This document shows positions 22,831-37,150 of a DNA stretch of 60,000 nt, piece by piece. The stretch's first letter is position 1. The number at the start of each line of letters is the position of its first letter. This DNA comes from Camelus ferus (Eukaryota): NCBI RefSeq assembly GCF_009834535.1, contig NC_045698.1:374001-434000 (forward strand), given 5' to 3'. The notes under the pieces were generated by a model that saw nothing but the letters and a program-made list of their open reading frames with translations, searched no databases and had not been told where the DNA came from. A program made the position numbers and the translations under genes.

Positions 22831-25806
22831 AATGGACGTCGCAGACGGGAGCAGTCGTTACTGACACGCGGTCAGCTCTACGCGCGTTCCCAAGGACACC
22901 TCAGCTGTGATCGCAGCCCCGGGGGCGGGGTGCCGAGCAGGCAGAGACCCTGACTTAAGGAGCAGTCCTCCGGGGCCGCCCGGGGCAGGCTCTGTTCCCC
23001 CCCTCACAGCCCAGCCCGGGGCCCCGGGAGCTGCTGCTGTCCTCACCCTTACGAAGGGAAACGGAAGCACAGAGAGGCTGCTTGACCATCTGGAGCCACA
23101 CAGCCACACAGAGGCTGCGCAGGGACTCGGGCTCTGCCTGCCGTGCTCGCGTTGTCCACTGTCATGTTTTTATTTCCTCGTTGCCAACTTGTTCCTCAAA
23201 GGACTCAGAGAGGCTTGAAATATTATTTGCAGACAACTGCTTGGGGCTCTCTCTGCGAATTCTCAGGGCCGAGGAAGACTGAGTGATCCTGGCCTGAGCC
23301 TTCGCCCTAAAGCACTGGGGTCGGGTGGTGTCTGGGGTGGTGTCTGAGATGGCAGGGCTCCAGTGCCAGGGCAGAGGGCTGGGCTCTGTGCTGGCTGTGG
23401 CCCAGTGCCCTCGCAGCCTCGGCTGACGACGCGGGTTTGGCCCCAGCCTCCGTGAGCTCGGGAACATCACGAGGCCGGCTGTGACGAGGACGTCTGATAG
23501 ATGGCCTCTGAGCTGGTCCTGCCTCAGGCTCCTCAGTGTGGCTGAGCCCTGCCCTGCCCATCGCCGGACGGCGGGTGGACCCACCTCAGCACCGAGAGCC
23601 CCGTGTCTGCACGCTGCCTCCCTCTGCGGGATGAGGCCCTTGGACAAAGCTCAGGACCGTGAAAGGGCCAGCGGGGCTTTGTCTGCGTGAGAGCAACGCA
23701 GAGCCAGCCGAGTGCGTGAGCAAACACCACAGTCTTCTGCCGTAACCCTTACCTTGGTGGGTTATCCTCCTCTGATAAGCTCTGCCTCGTTTTGAATTTC
23801 TTCCACTCTCTGTTTGTGTGTTTTAAGGCTTGATTCACACCTTTCTGCCCCACGCGGGCGGCCATGTGACACCAAGCATAAGGCATTCCCTTCTCTGCTT
23901 TTAATCCTTCAACTTCTGCTGATACTTAATATTTCCAAGTCCTGAGCCTTCACACGAGTATCATGCTCTCATTTGCTACAGAATTAAATGCAGGGAGAAC
24001 CTAAACAAAGCAATGCCTTGAGCACAGAAAGCTCCAGTGGGCCTCACCCTCCGTGCTCCTGCCGGGGCAGCCAGCCGTCTTGTGCCCCAGCCACCTGCGC
24101 AGGTGTGGAAGGGGTCACACCTCCAGGCATTTCGAAACAACGCTGAAGGAGCTGGGTGGAGGGTTGGGTCTGAGGAAGCCAAACATGCACCATTTTATAA
24201 TTGCGATTTTTTAGCAGATTTACAACCCGAGATCACTGTGTGAATTAGTGATATGAGCTTCCTGTTGAGATGACAGGCTGGTTTTTAAGGTAATTTTTCA
24301 AGGCATGGACAGAACTCATTTTGACTTTTTGTTGTTGAAGTCACAGATGGAAACGTAGGATGGAAGTCTGCTGTTTTCAGGTTGTGTGGAAAGCAAGCTG
24401 CACCACTAGTCAGCACCTCTCTGGCAGACTCTCTAGAGAAGCCACGATGACCTCCTGCCCCAGCTGGGGGGCAGCCCCAGCTCCTTCAGGCACGGCTGCA
24501 TCCAGGCGCTTAAGTGATAAGTTCACGAGTCTGCCCCAGTCCATCTCTGGGCCGATTTCCTCTCTGTAGCCGTTGTTCTCAGGTGGGCTCTCCCAAGAGA
24601 AAGCAGACTGATCCCAGTTCCACAGTCCTAGTATAAACACTGCCTCTTTCCTAAGAGTCAGCAAGTCTTGATTCAGACTGGCACTCAACCACCTTGAGTT
24701 GGGCCCTAACCCTGGTGCCCTAGGAAACGTGGATCGGCGAGCAGGAGAGGCAGCCCCAGAGGAAAACCCAAGTTTGGAAGTCAGAACAGGGAGGCTGCAC
24801 GTGTCCAGCAATGGGTGAGACTGCCCCAGTGTGAGGGGGGACAGAAGAGCCTCTGAAGGGCCAGGAGGGGCGAGGCGGGCGGGGTCCCAGCTGGGAAGGA
24901 GGGACGCCTGGCTGGCAGGCGGTGGGCACTAGCTCAGTTTCAACAGGGCATGGCCGTCTTACATGTTGGGGAGGTCGTGCCGGCTGCCCCGGATTCACAG
25001 CATCAGAGTTGGTCCAGGGCACGGCTGCATTAACCATGTATGGGTGGGTAGGTGGTGGACGGATGAGGGAGGGGACGAGAGACAAGCGAAAGGGCTGGGC
25101 TCTGGGGATAAACAGATCTGGGCTTGAATCCTGGCTCTGCCACCTCATCGTTGTGACCCCCAGGCAGGGCTGCACCCCTCAATCTCAATGAGGCAGGACC
25201 CCACACTGGGTCCCCACTCGGGGGTGAAGGCAGGTGCTCTGTCATTACCTGGCAGAGAGGTACCCACTGGGACTGGCACACCTGGATGCACTGGAACAGT
25301 GTGGAACAACCAAAGCTCACTGTGCACCGTCAGCAGAAGAAACGCGTGTTACGCGCAGCCTTTTGCGTGAGGTGGGGGATGGGATAGAAATGTGCACGAG
25401 CGTTTGTTTACATTTGCATAAATAAATTCTGGACAGACGCACAGGGAAGTGACACACAGACTGTCCTGTGGGGGTGGAGCAGGGCTTATGAGCAACCCTG
25501 AGCCTTCTGGGGCCAGAGCAGTTGCCAGGCAGGGCATCGGTGTAGACTGGTGGCTCAGGACCCCAGGAGATGCCTCACTGCATTAGAGCCACTTCTCTCC
25601 AGGACATGCAGCCCGAGGTGCTCTGCCCCATGTCCTCCTGATTTCCACCCCGGACGCCCTTTCTGCCCCAGGGGCCTGGCTGCTGCCTGCTCCCTCTTGC
25701 AGATCTCGGGCCAGCCCAGGGCCTCCCTGTGCCCTGCCCCGCATCCCGTCCTCTCACCAGGTGGAGAGCCCCGCCGGCCCACACAACAGGTAGCTCGTGG
25801 CCAACA

Positions 25807-26211
25807 CAGGCAGACCTCGCTTCACTGCACTTCAAGGACAGCTGAAGGTTTGTGGCAACCCTGTGTTGAGCAAGTCTCTCGGTGTCACCTTCCCAACAGC
25901 ATTTGCTCACTTGCTGTCTCTGTGTCACATTTTGTTAATTCTCACAATATTTCAAAACCTCCACCAGCAAAAAGATTATGACTCACGGAAGGCTCAGAAG
26001 GTGGATAGCAATATTTTAGCGATAAAGCACCTTTGATTAAGGCATGTACATTTTTAAAGACAGAATGCTATCACACACTTAGCAGACTACAGTGCGGAGT
26101 AACCCTAGCTTTCACGTGCACCGAGTTCCAGAAACTTCAGACTCTTCATTGTGATGCTCGCTTGGTTGCACTGGTCTGGAACCAAATCTGCAGGACTTCC
26201 AAGGTCGCCCG
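25807..26211 (+). mobile_element. Tigger1-derived non-autonomous DNA transposon
   Basis: Begins caggcagacctcg (cf. Tigger1 TIR CAGGCATACCTCG); internal gaaggtttgtggcaaccctg..gagcaagtct; ends aaggtcgcccg. Confidence 0.8.
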
Positions 26212-26829
26212 TCTTGTGAAAGAAGAGGAAGTGTGATCTCACAGCTAACCGACCAGCACTGACCTCACTCAGCCCCAGGTCTGTGGAGAGTGGGGTTGAA
26301 TGTTACGTGAACACTGTATGCTCAGGTGATTGGCCCAAGGTCAGGTCGTGGTGCAGCCAGTGTAAACCTCGGTGTTAGGTCTTTGCCGCTGCCTTCTGAC
26401 GCCTCCTAATGGCAAGAGTTGTTTCTGCACACTTTGAAAAATTATTAGTTTTTTAGCAGAAACAGTAACTCAAATATCCTTAAGACATACCATCAAATAG
26501 AAAATCTGCCACAGATACCACACTGTTTTCCAGGATGTGAAGATAAAGAGGTAACAAAGACAGTCTTTTCTGCACCTGCTTAGTCATTGAGATGGTGCAT
26601 GCGTCTAAACCCCATGTGCGTGCCCAGACGCAGGGCGTTCTGCATCTGTCGAGGGCGCCAGGTTACAGATTCAAGGGCTTCTGGTCACGAAAAAGCAGAG
26701 TGACTGCATGTGGCCCCGGGGACATGAGTTTGCTCCAAGAAGTGGCTGAGCGGTTGAGAGCAAAGTGCTGCGGGCAGGCTCTTAGCGCAGTGGTGGCATG
26801 GGGATAAAACACCCGGTACCGAGGCATTT

Positions 26830-29800
26830 TATATTTTACGGATATTTTCTGTTTTCTTAAATTTGCTGAGACTTGCTTCACGGCCCCGTGTGTGAGCTAC
26901 CCTGGAGAACGTTCTACGTGCCTTTGAAACGGACAGTGTCGCCTGCTGCTTGCAGGTGGAACGCTCTGTACATGCCAGCGAGTGCCTCTGGTCAGCTGTG
27001 CCACTGAACGCCCATGTTCCCTGACTGACACTCTGTTCGGGCGACCTGTCCATTGATGCAGGTCAGGTGTTGACGTTCTAAAGTCCGTTTTGTCTGAGGT
27101 AAGTATTGGCACTCTGGCTTTCTTTTTATTTCCGTTTTCTTGGGGTACCTACCTTTTTTCATCTCCTCGCTTTCAATCTGTATGTGTCCCTAGATCTGAG
27201 CGGAGTCTTTTGTGGGCAGCATATATGCGGGTCTCGTTTTCGTATTGTATCCATTCGGCCACTCTGTGTCTTTTGATTGGATTATTTAGTCCATTTACAT
27301 TTAAAGGAATCATTGATAAGTATGCAGCTATCGCCATTTTGTTAATCATTTTGAGGGCTATTTTTGTAGGTCTTTTTTCCCTTTCTTCTTCTTTCGTTCT
27401 CTTCCCTCGTGATTTGATGACTAGTTTTAGTGTTAGGTTGGGATTCCTCTCTCTATTTTGTGTATCTATTATAGGTTTTTCATTTGTGGTTACCATGAGG
27501 TTTTAATATAACAACCTGTATGTATGGAGTATTTTAGGTTACTGACCCCATAAGTTCAAATGCGTTTTCACAACCCTACGTTTTTACCCGCCCCCCCCCC
27601 CCGCCCCCCCAGTTACTGATTGTGCTGTGTGTCCTCACCTGCTTACTGTGGATCTGGACGGTTTCACTGCTGCTGTTTTCACCCTTCCTCCTGGCTGCGC
27701 TCACAGCTGTGCGCCGCCTCCACTGCGTGCCCGCCTTGCTGGTGAGACTTAGCAGCTGTGCCGTGTCCTTTTCTCTTAGGGAAGTCCTTGCAGCAATTTT
27801 TGTAAAGCTGGTTTGGTGGTGCTGAACTCTCAGCCTTTGCTTTTCTGCCAAACGTTCACTCTCTGCACCAAACCCGAATGAAAGCCTCGTCAGGCGAGTG
27901 CTCCTAGCCATGGGTCTGTCCCCGACATCACTGTGAGTCTGTCATGCCACTTCCTTCTGCCCTGCAGAGTTCCTGCTGGAAAGTCAGCTGACGGCCTCCT
28001 GGGTCCTCTTGTGTGTAACCGGCTGCTTTCCCCTTGCTGCTTTTAACACTCTCTTTTTGTCTCTGATTTTTGCCACTGTAATTTCTGTGTGTCTCGGTGT
28101 GCTTCTGTTTGGGTTAATCCTGTGTGGGACTCCCTTTGCTTCCTGGACTGGGTGTCTGTTTCCATCCCTGGGCTGGGGACACCTTCTGTCTTCCGTTATG
28201 TTCTCAGGCCCTCTCTCTCTCCCTTCCCCCTCTGGGACCCCTATAATGTGAATGTTAGCACACTTGCTGTTGTCCCAGAGGTCTCTTAAACCGTCCTCGT
28301 TTCTCTTCACTCTTTCCTTCTTCCTGCTCAGCGGCAGTGACTTCCACTACTCCGTCTTCCAGCTCACTGACCCGTTCTTGCGAATCGTCTGGTCCACTGC
28401 CGACCCCACACAGGGCGCTTTTCACTTCAGTATTATATTCTATGCCTGTGAGGCTGTACTTCATATTTTCTAAATCTTTGTTAAAACTTCTAACTTCTCA
28501 CTCGGCATCCGTGCTTCTCCCAAGTTCTTTGATCATCTTTACGACCACTGCCTTGAGCTCCTTCCCAGGTGGACTGCCTAGCCCCACTTCACTTAGCTCT
28601 TCTTCTAGGGTTTTACCTTATTCCTTCATTTGGAACGTGTTACTCTGTCCCCTCATTTTGCCTAATTTGCTGTTTTCATTTCCATGTATTTGGTAGGTTG
28701 CTTACATTTTCTGACCTTGGAGAAGTGGCCCTTTTGTAGGAGATGTCCTGTGCTTCCCAGCTGCAGATTCCCCTCTGGTCACCAAAGCTGTATGCTCCAG
28801 GGGTGCCCCTAAGTGGGCTGTGCAGGTCCTTTTGCTGTGGTGGGCTGACCGCTATGGGTAGTCTTGTAGGCTTGGTTGGCCCCTAGTCCAGTTTGTTGCC
28901 AGGCCCTGACTTGTGCAGAGGCTGCTGGCCAGGCCAGGTCATGGGGCAGCTGACTAAGGAGCCCTGAGGGGTCCCCTGGAGCTAGTGCTGCCCACTGGTG
29001 GGCAGAGCCGGATGCTGGGGTGGATGTCTGGGAACCTGGGGATTTTAGATCTAGCGTCGGCCTGCTGGTGGGTGAGTTCTGTTCCTGACATGGATGGCTG
29101 CAGGGTCCAGGGTGTCCCAAAGCTGGTCCTGGCCCTGGACCTGATGGGTGGGGCTGGATCCCAGAGTGGCTGTCTGAGGGGTCCAAGGGGCCTCAGAGCT
29201 GGTGTTGGCCAGCTGGTGGGCAGAGTGGTCCTGGGCTCTCTGGCTGCTGGGCCCTGGGAGTCCTGGGGTTGGTGTGTTGGCCCACTGGTAGTAGGGCTGG
29301 GGTTCAGGGGGTCCCAGGGCTGGTGCCTGACCACTGGTGGATGAGGCTGGTCCTGGGGCTAGCAAGAGTCCACTGGTGGGCAGGTTGGGTCTCAGAGCCT
29401 CTGGCTGCAGGGTCCAGGGCTCCCGAAGCTGGTGCTGGCCTGCTGGCTTCGGGGCTGGGGTCCACCAGCTGGCCCTAGTGCTGCTGCTGGCCTGCTGGTG
29501 GGTGGGGCTGTGTCCTGCCATCGTGGGTTGCAGGGCTGCAGTTGTCCTGGGGCTGGGGTCAGCCCACTGGTGGGTGGAGCTGGGCCCAGGGGTCTCTGGC
29601 TGGTGGGCCCTGAGGGTCCCAGGTCTAGTGCCTGCACACTAGTGTGTGGGGCTGGGTCCTGGGCCCTCTGTCTGCAGGGCTGTGTCCAGAAGTGGCTGTG
29701 GGCCCTGAGGCTCAAGGCAGTCTGTCTGCTGGTTGGTGGGGCTGTGCCCCCACCAAGTTATTTGCTTGGCCTGCAGCGTCCCAGTCCAGGTGCCAACAGG

Positions 29801-30395
29801 CTGGTGGGCAGGGATGGGGCTGGGTCCTGAGGGAGGGCTCTGGAACGACACTTGTCGGCTCCAGCATCCACTTGGCAGAACGACCTCCCAGAAATGGCTG
29901 CCTCCAGAGTCTGTGTCCCCAGGGGGAGTCCCCGTGGCCTCTGTGTCTCTGGGAGGCACTCCAAGACCAGCAGGTGGGTCTGACCCAGGCTCCTGCCCTG
30001 GGCCCCGGAGCGTGTGAGATTTTGCATGAGCCCATTAAGAGTGGAGTCTATCTTCCTGAGCCCTCTGGGTCCCCAGAAAATTCTGAGGGTTCATCTTCCT
30101 GGCATAGGGGAGCCTCATGTGGGGCTCAGACCCCTCACCCCTTTAGGGGAACCTCTGCAGTCGTAATTATCCTCCCGTGTGCGGGTCGCCTGCCTGGGGT
30201 GTGGGCCCGACCTTCCCGCACTCTGCCCCTCCCAGACATCTCGCTGTGGCTCCGTCTTTATCTCTCTGGCGGTAGAAGGTCTTTTCTGCTAGATTCTCAT
30301 CTTCCTCATCAACAGTTGCTCTGTCAGAGGCCGTAACTCTGGTGTGCCCGTGGGAGGAGGTGAGCTCAGGCTCCTTCTCCGCCATCTTGGGCCCG
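26830..30395 (-). mobile_element. L1 with 5'UTR, ORF1 remnant and start of ORF2; 3' part absent
   Basis: CAAGATGGCGGAG YY1-type 5' end at 30389-30377; long repetitive GC-rich 5'UTR; ORF1 (LRDLWDNSKCANIHIIGVPEGE); ORF2 start (MAIAAYLSMIPLNVNGLNNPIKRHRVAEWI). Confidence 0.92.
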
Positions 30396-32079
30396 CCTAG
30401 CACACTTGCACAGGCACGCATACATGTGAGTGCAGACACGCTCTCGTCCTGCCTGCGGTTCTGCTCCATCCGGGACACACTTGCTCTGACGCCTTTCTTT
30501 GTGTCCCTCCGCTTGCTTCCTGGGGGGCGACCTCAGGTGATTGGTGCTGTGCACGGTGATAGCCACCTGCCAGGACAGTGCAGGGAACAGGTGAGAAGGG
30601 AGTGACTCCTTGGACACCACCCCACGGGCACTGACCAGAGGCAGCTGAGGAGAAAGCCACTCGCTGCCTGGCGTGGGGCTCGCTCACTTCTGCATGACCC
30701 TGATTTCAGCTTGTGTGCTTAACTGTCACTTTTGGAAAGAAGACGCAATTGGAGCAAAGTGTGACAAAACACCCTTAACAGCCACCGCTGGCGTCACGTG
30801 GGGCGCGGTTTCCAGTGCTGTGTGCGCGTTTGCCCAGGGCCTCCCATGGGGCTCTGCCAGCACGGAGGACACACGACACAGCGATGCGGAGCCACCGGGT
30901 CCTCCCTGCTGGTGCCACCTGCTCTGACCGCCTCACCTACCCCGGCCCCAAAGCCTTGGACCCTGCAACTTGCCCTGGACAGTAACTGGGCGTTGAAACC
31001 CTGCTGGGATAAGCTGAGGTTCCAAGAGGAAAAGCTGAAGGAAGAGGACAGAGTTAAGACGCCCCGTCGCCGTCTGCTCAGAGCAGGCTCTCTTCATCCC
31101 ATCGGGGCCTTTCCATCTTCCTCTGTCTTTATTTCTTCCCACCCAGGATAAGACTTCACCAGATTAACCAGACGTCGGGGAAAACGGACACAGACTCGTT
31201 TCTACAGCAACCAGCCCATGCAGCCACCTATCTCATTGTCCCCCTGGGACCAATGCCCTTGGGCGTTTGGAGCAAGGACCCCATGTCGGCGAGGCTCGCG
31301 TGGAGCAGGGCTGTCATTTCTTTGCTGCAGGGCTTGTCGGACGGGCCCTGGGTGACCGGGAAGGAGCCCTGTGTGCAGCTCCTGGACCTCACTGACCTCG
31401 GAACCCACCCCGGCTGCCCTGTTGTTTTGAAGTTTCCTTGACGCCGTCCCTGCCGTTTTTGTAGACAGAGTGGAAAAACATCACCACTGTTCTGTGACCC
31501 ATTTACATTAGAAATGCTGTGAAGTGTTTGTGGGTATTAGATTCTTAAACAATGGTGATGTTTTCGGTCTATAACCCTGAAATAAAAATGAGTGAGACAT
31601 CACTCCCACCCCCATCCATGAACGTCCCAGCCGTTTGCAGGGCAGATGTGGGGGCTCATCTCTGGACACCTGACACCAGGGAGGAATGCGGCATGCAGAG
31701 GCCTGCGCTGTTCTTGGCACCACCTGGCACCCACAAGTCCCCTCACGAGGGGCCACCTCACAGGTCACGGCTCAGAAGATTCCTGCCAGCAGGAAGAGGG
31801 GGTAATTTGGCACGGCAGGCCTAAGCCTTCAGGAAGAGTGCCCAGAAGCAGAGGGCGGGCCCACACTTCTCAGCTACTCCTCAGGACACCAGGATACAGG
31901 CCCTGTTTTGAAGTCATGCCACCGCTTTGCAAGTCATCAGTAATGCGCTGGGAACATGCTGTTTTTCCTCTGAAGGAAGACAACTCATAATGAGAGAGGG
32001 AAATGGCGCCGTCCAGAGTTCAATCCCCGGCGCTCCATGGTCCACCCAAGCCATCTGTGGAGGAGTGTCAGTTCTGTGT

Positions 32080-32625
32080 TTCACCCTAAAAAGTAGCAGC
32101 TGTAAACAACGATCCCTGTGAACTGGCTCCTGGGTGAAGATGCAGGGGTTTAGCTGGCTGGTCGGCCTCGAGGGCTCTCAGCTGGGGCTCGCCTGAGGCT
32201 GGAGGGTCTGCCTCCAAGTCCACACTCATGGCCGGCAAGAGGCACCAGCTCCTCTCCAGACCAGAGATCCACGAAGACACTCGGTGAGAGAACACTGTCC
32301 TCACCAGCCAGCTCGGAACCACATCCCTCTAAGGGAGGGTCCTCCTGCCTCTTGCGGGTTCTGGTGGTGCCGGAGCCCTTGGGCCTGTGGCAGCATCACC
32401 CTGACCGCTGCCTCTGCCTTCACTTGCTTGTGTTCCTCTGTGCATGTCTGGTCCAAGATTCCCTCTTCCTTCCAGGACACCGCTCACTGGCTTAGGGCCA
32501 CCTGATTCAGTAGGACTTCTTCTTGACTGAGTTGTACCTGCAAGGGCCCTACTTCCCAATAAAGTCACCTTCATGGGCCTGGGCTCAGCATCTGGACACA
32601 TCTTTGGGGGACACACTTCGGCCCA
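32080..32625. mobile_element. MaLR (MLT1-type) LTR remnants
   Basis: ttctggtggtgcc..ccttgggcctgtggcagcatcac..tctgcctt, aggacaccgctcactggcttagggccacc and cttcccaataaagtcac are MLT1 hallmarks. Confidence 0.7.
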
Positions 32626-32999
32626 CGGCAGCGTGTGTTGTCTTCTGCTTAAACTGTGACGGTTCTCTTGCACCTGCACCTGGTGTGGCCTCTCCCAAAG
32701 TTCCAGAGGACAAACTGATGGCTCATGCTGATCAGAGAGGGCAACTTCCATCCTCCATCACGCATCTGCTGGACCTCTAGACCAATGGTCTGCTTCCCAC
32801 CATGCCCAGCAAGAGGCCGGTGGCAGGGGCTCCACAGAGCATTTGCTGAGAAGGGAGCGTTTCTGTGAATTAGTCACTTTCATGACAGGAAGCAGAGAGG
32901 AGTGCCACGGTCCCCACAGGGGTGCATCGACTCAGGAGACTGGGGTTGCTCATCAGACTCCATGGAGACCAGAGATGTGGAGGGACATGTTGGAAATAC

Positions 33000-35900
33000 C
33001 AGGCCCAAAGGGCCATTGAGCCGAGTTGTCTGTCCCACAAAATCACTCTTCAGAAATGAAGGAAATAGAGACATTTGCCAGTGAAGAAGCACTAAGAGAG
33101 CTTGTGGCCAGCTTGTGCCTGCTTTAACGGGGATGCCACGGAGCCCTTCAGGCAGAGGACACGTCCCCGGAACTCGTGCTGCAGGAAGGAAGGAGGGAGG
33201 GCGGGAGGGCGGGGTAAGCTCAGTGCATGGTCCCTCCTCCGCACTCCGGCTTTTCTGTTTGTCCAGCATTGACAGGGCTGTGGGACGGGTTTTATTTACT
33301 TGATGTTTGTCTGGGGTACCTTTTCCCATTCCTTTATTTATGACTTCCTACATCATTATATTTTAAATTGTAGACAGCTTGTGTCTGTAAACTAAGGATG
33401 GCGGTTGGAAGCAGTAATTCTGATGCTGTGCGGTGGGATTTCAGTGCATACGGCTGTGATACGTGTGAGGCCAGAACAGAAAAGGGGAAGTGGGAGAGAG
33501 CTGTGTGGTGACAGACTCTCTCCATCCCACTCAAAATGGTAAAATATTAATTCTAGAAGATTGAACATCAGAAGGAAGTTAGTATGTGTATCGTAATCCC
33601 TAGAGCGACCACTAAAGAAACTCTGTAAATGGATTTAGTTTAAAAACTAGAAAAAAAACAACAGGTAAACCTAAATTACGAAGTACTAGAAAATATTCCA
33701 ATAATCCAAAAGAAGGCAGGGAAGGGGGAGAAGAGAAAAAACAGAGGCGACAGAGAACATGGAATAAAATGATGGCTCTAAATTCAAATGTTTCAATAGT
33801 TAAAATAAATGCAGATGATCTAAGAACGCAATGAAGACAGAAACTGTCAGACTGGATCTAACTGAAATTTGTAGAACGCTACACCAAACGACATCTAAAA
33901 TACACACTCTTTTTAAGCACCAATGGAACACTCACCAAGATAGACAACAACATGCCTGACTAAACTTAAAATTAAAAAAAAACCCACAGTAAAATTAAAC
34001 TGGAAATCAATAACAAAATAATATCTGGAAGATTCCCCAAATACATGGAAATTAAACAAACACTTCTAGACCATCCACATGTCAGGGAGGATGTCTCAGG
34101 AAAATTGGAAGTTATTTGAACTGAGTGAAAATAAAGACATAACATATTAAAACTAAACAGTGTTTGGAGGGAAATGCATAGACCTAACTGCATTAATATT
34201 AGTAAATGTAAATGGTATCAATCACTTAACTGATCTTTAAATAGAAAGAATAAAGAAAACATTAAAATGGAAGAAATTAGAAACTAACAGTGTAAGCGCC
34301 ACCTGAGGAGTTAGAAGACGAAGCCCAAGTTAAACTGAAGGCAAGCAGAAGGTAGGACACAGCAAACGCAGGAGAGATCGACGCAACTAGAACAGAGACG
34401 GTAAGGGAAAAATCAGTGAGACAAAGCTGGCGCCTGGGGAAGACCAATTAAACTGACAGACAGCTAACCAGACTGCTGAGGGGCAGAGGGGCAGAGGAGA
34501 CACGGACTGCAGAGAGAGGAGGGAGCCCACGGACACCAAGGCACGGAGAGGATGCGAGGACCAGCATGGCGTGCTTGGGCACACGCACTCGACAGCTTAG
34601 ATGAAATGGCCGATTATCTGAAAGTCACAAACTACCAAAACTCATCCAAGAAGAAACAAACAACCCAGACAACCCTTCTTGTATGAAAGTAATTGACTAC
34701 ATGGTGGAAAACCTGAAAATGGAAATTCCAGATGCAGACAGTTTCGTTGGTAGTTTTATGAATATTTAAAGAAGAAATACGATCAGATCTACACACTCTC
34801 TTCCAGGAGACAGAAGAGGAAAAACTTCCCATCTGATTTCAGAGGCCAGCATCACCTTGGTGGCAAAACCAGGTAAGTGACAGCACAAGAATAAAACTTC
34901 ATAGAAATATACCTCATAAACCTAGATGCAAAAACACTCAATAGTATATGAGCAAATTGAACTAAACCCATGTAACAATGATGATGTGTTGTGACCAGGC
35001 GGGGTGTAAGGCTGGCGAAACATTTGAAATTCAACCAGTTCAATCCACCACATTAACAGAGGAAGAAGAAAAACTATGTGATCATCTCAAATGATGCATA
35101 AAAAAAAAAGACAAAATCCAAGACCTGTTCATGAAAGAACCCTCAGCAAACTAGGAACAGAAGGGCGCTTCCTTACCCTGATAGAGGGCATCTATTTAAA
35201 CATGTACATCTAACGTCTTCCTCAATGGCAAACAATCAACACTTTCCAAGATCTGGATAGAGGAGATGTTCGCTCTCACCACTCATTTTAACGGCATACT
35301 GGAAGTCCTGGTGCAACAAAGCTAGATGAAGGCATAGCACGCAGATTGGAAAGGAAGGAATAAAGCCACCTCTGTTTGTAGATGGTATAGTTGTTAATGT
35401 GAAAAATCAATTGACAAAACAAAACAAAACACCTAGAGTTAACAAGTGAGTTAGACAAGGTCACAGAACACAAGCTCAACACAGGAAAATCAACTGCAGT
35501 TTTATATCCTAACAACAAACATGTGGAGACCAAAATTTACAATGCGGTGCCATCGACAGTAGCTCCAAAGAAAAGAAAATACGTATACACTTAACAAAAC
35601 ATGAACAGGGTCTATAGGCTAAAAATTACAATACGCTGATGAAAGAAATCAAAGAAGATATAACGTGTTCACGGATTGGGAGACTCAACATAGTAAAAAA
35701 GTCAGTTCTCCCGAAATTGATCTATAGGTTTAATGCAATTCCAATTCAAAAATTTCAGCAAGATTTTTCTAGATAAAGAGAAGCATGTTCTGAAATTTAT
35801 ATGGAAGGGCAAAGGATGAGATTAGCCAGATCAGTTTTGAAAAGGAGCAAGGTTGGAGGACTGACGTTACCTGATTTAAGAATGACTGTAAAGGTACTAT

Positions 35901-37150
35901 GACAAAGACAGTGTGGTACTGGCAAAAGATAGACACAAATCAATGGGAAAAAAAGGGGAGAAACAGAGAGAAACAGACCCACACAAATATGGCCAATTGA
36001 TTTTTATCGTGGATGCAAAGGCAATTCAGTGGAGAAAGGATTATCTTTTAGACAAATGATGTTGAAACAGCTGGACATCCACACACACAAAAAATGATCT
36101 ACATTGATCTATAAAAATTAAATCAAAATAGATAATTAATAAATACAAAGTATAAAACTTTTAGAAGAAAACATAGGAGAAAATGTTTTTGACTTTGGGT
36201 TAGAAATGAATTCATAGGTGTAACACCAAAAGCACAAATCATAAAAGAAAAAATGGATAAATTAGACATCACGAAAATCAAAACCTTTGATTGAGAGACT
36301 GAAAATCAAGTTACAGACTAAGAGAATATGTTCGTGAGTCCCTTATTTGACAAAGAACTTGTGTCTAGAATGTATAAAGAGATTTCAAACAAACAACCCA
36401 ATACGTAAAGAGAGACAGACAATTTGAACAGACAGTTCACTGAAGGAGTGCAGACGACAAAGAAGCTCATAAAGGGCATTCAGTACCGTTAGTGTCGAGG
36501 GAGATGCAAGCTGAACCACAAAGTGACACTCCTCTGTACTTACCAGAACAGCACGGAAGGAGAAAGAGGAGAAAGGAAGGAAAGGAAAACACGTACATGA
36601 TCAGATGCTGGTGAGGATGCAGAGCAACGGGACTCCCCTCTGTTGCTGGCGGGAGAGTGAGTGATACAGCGGCTCTGGATCACTCGTAAAGCTCAGCGTC
36701 CATTTACCGTGTGATTCAGCAGTCCATCCCTAGACATTCGCCTTGGGAAACGACAGCTTGTTTCACAGAAGAATCTATCCCTGACTATTTATAGTAGATT
36801 TATCCACAATCACCAAGAACTAGAAACAACTTAATATCTCTCAACAGGTAAATGGACAAAGCTGTACATCCACACGGTGGAATACCACTCAGTAATAACA
36901 CGGAACAAAGTATTGATACATACAACAACTTGGATGACTCCAAAGACATCCTGCTGAGCGAAAGATGCCAGCCTCAGTGGTAAATGTATGGGACATTCTG
37001 CAAAAGACAAAACTTTAGAGATGGAGAAACAAACGTGTGTCTTCCAGGAGTTCGATGTGAAGGAGGGGTAAGACTTCAAAAAAAAAGGGAAGCCCAGACA
37101 AGTGTTTGGGGTGATGGAGCTTTTTCATCTCTTCATCAAGGTGCCATGAT
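33000..37150 (+). mobile_element. Long old L1 (end of ORF1, ORF2, 3'UTR), degenerate
   Basis: A-rich L1 ORF2 motifs throughout (ggaacactcaccaagataga, aaaactcatccaagaagaaa, ggaggactgacgttacctgatttaag) and 3'UTR motifs. Confidence 0.9.

Noticed and set aside
23162..23260. Minus-strand QLSANNISSLSESF resembling one LRR unit
   Set aside because: Single short match with no neighbouring repeats or splice support.
28800..30340. Cluster of 100-230 aa ORFs
   Set aside because: They lie in the GC-rich L1 5'UTR repeats.
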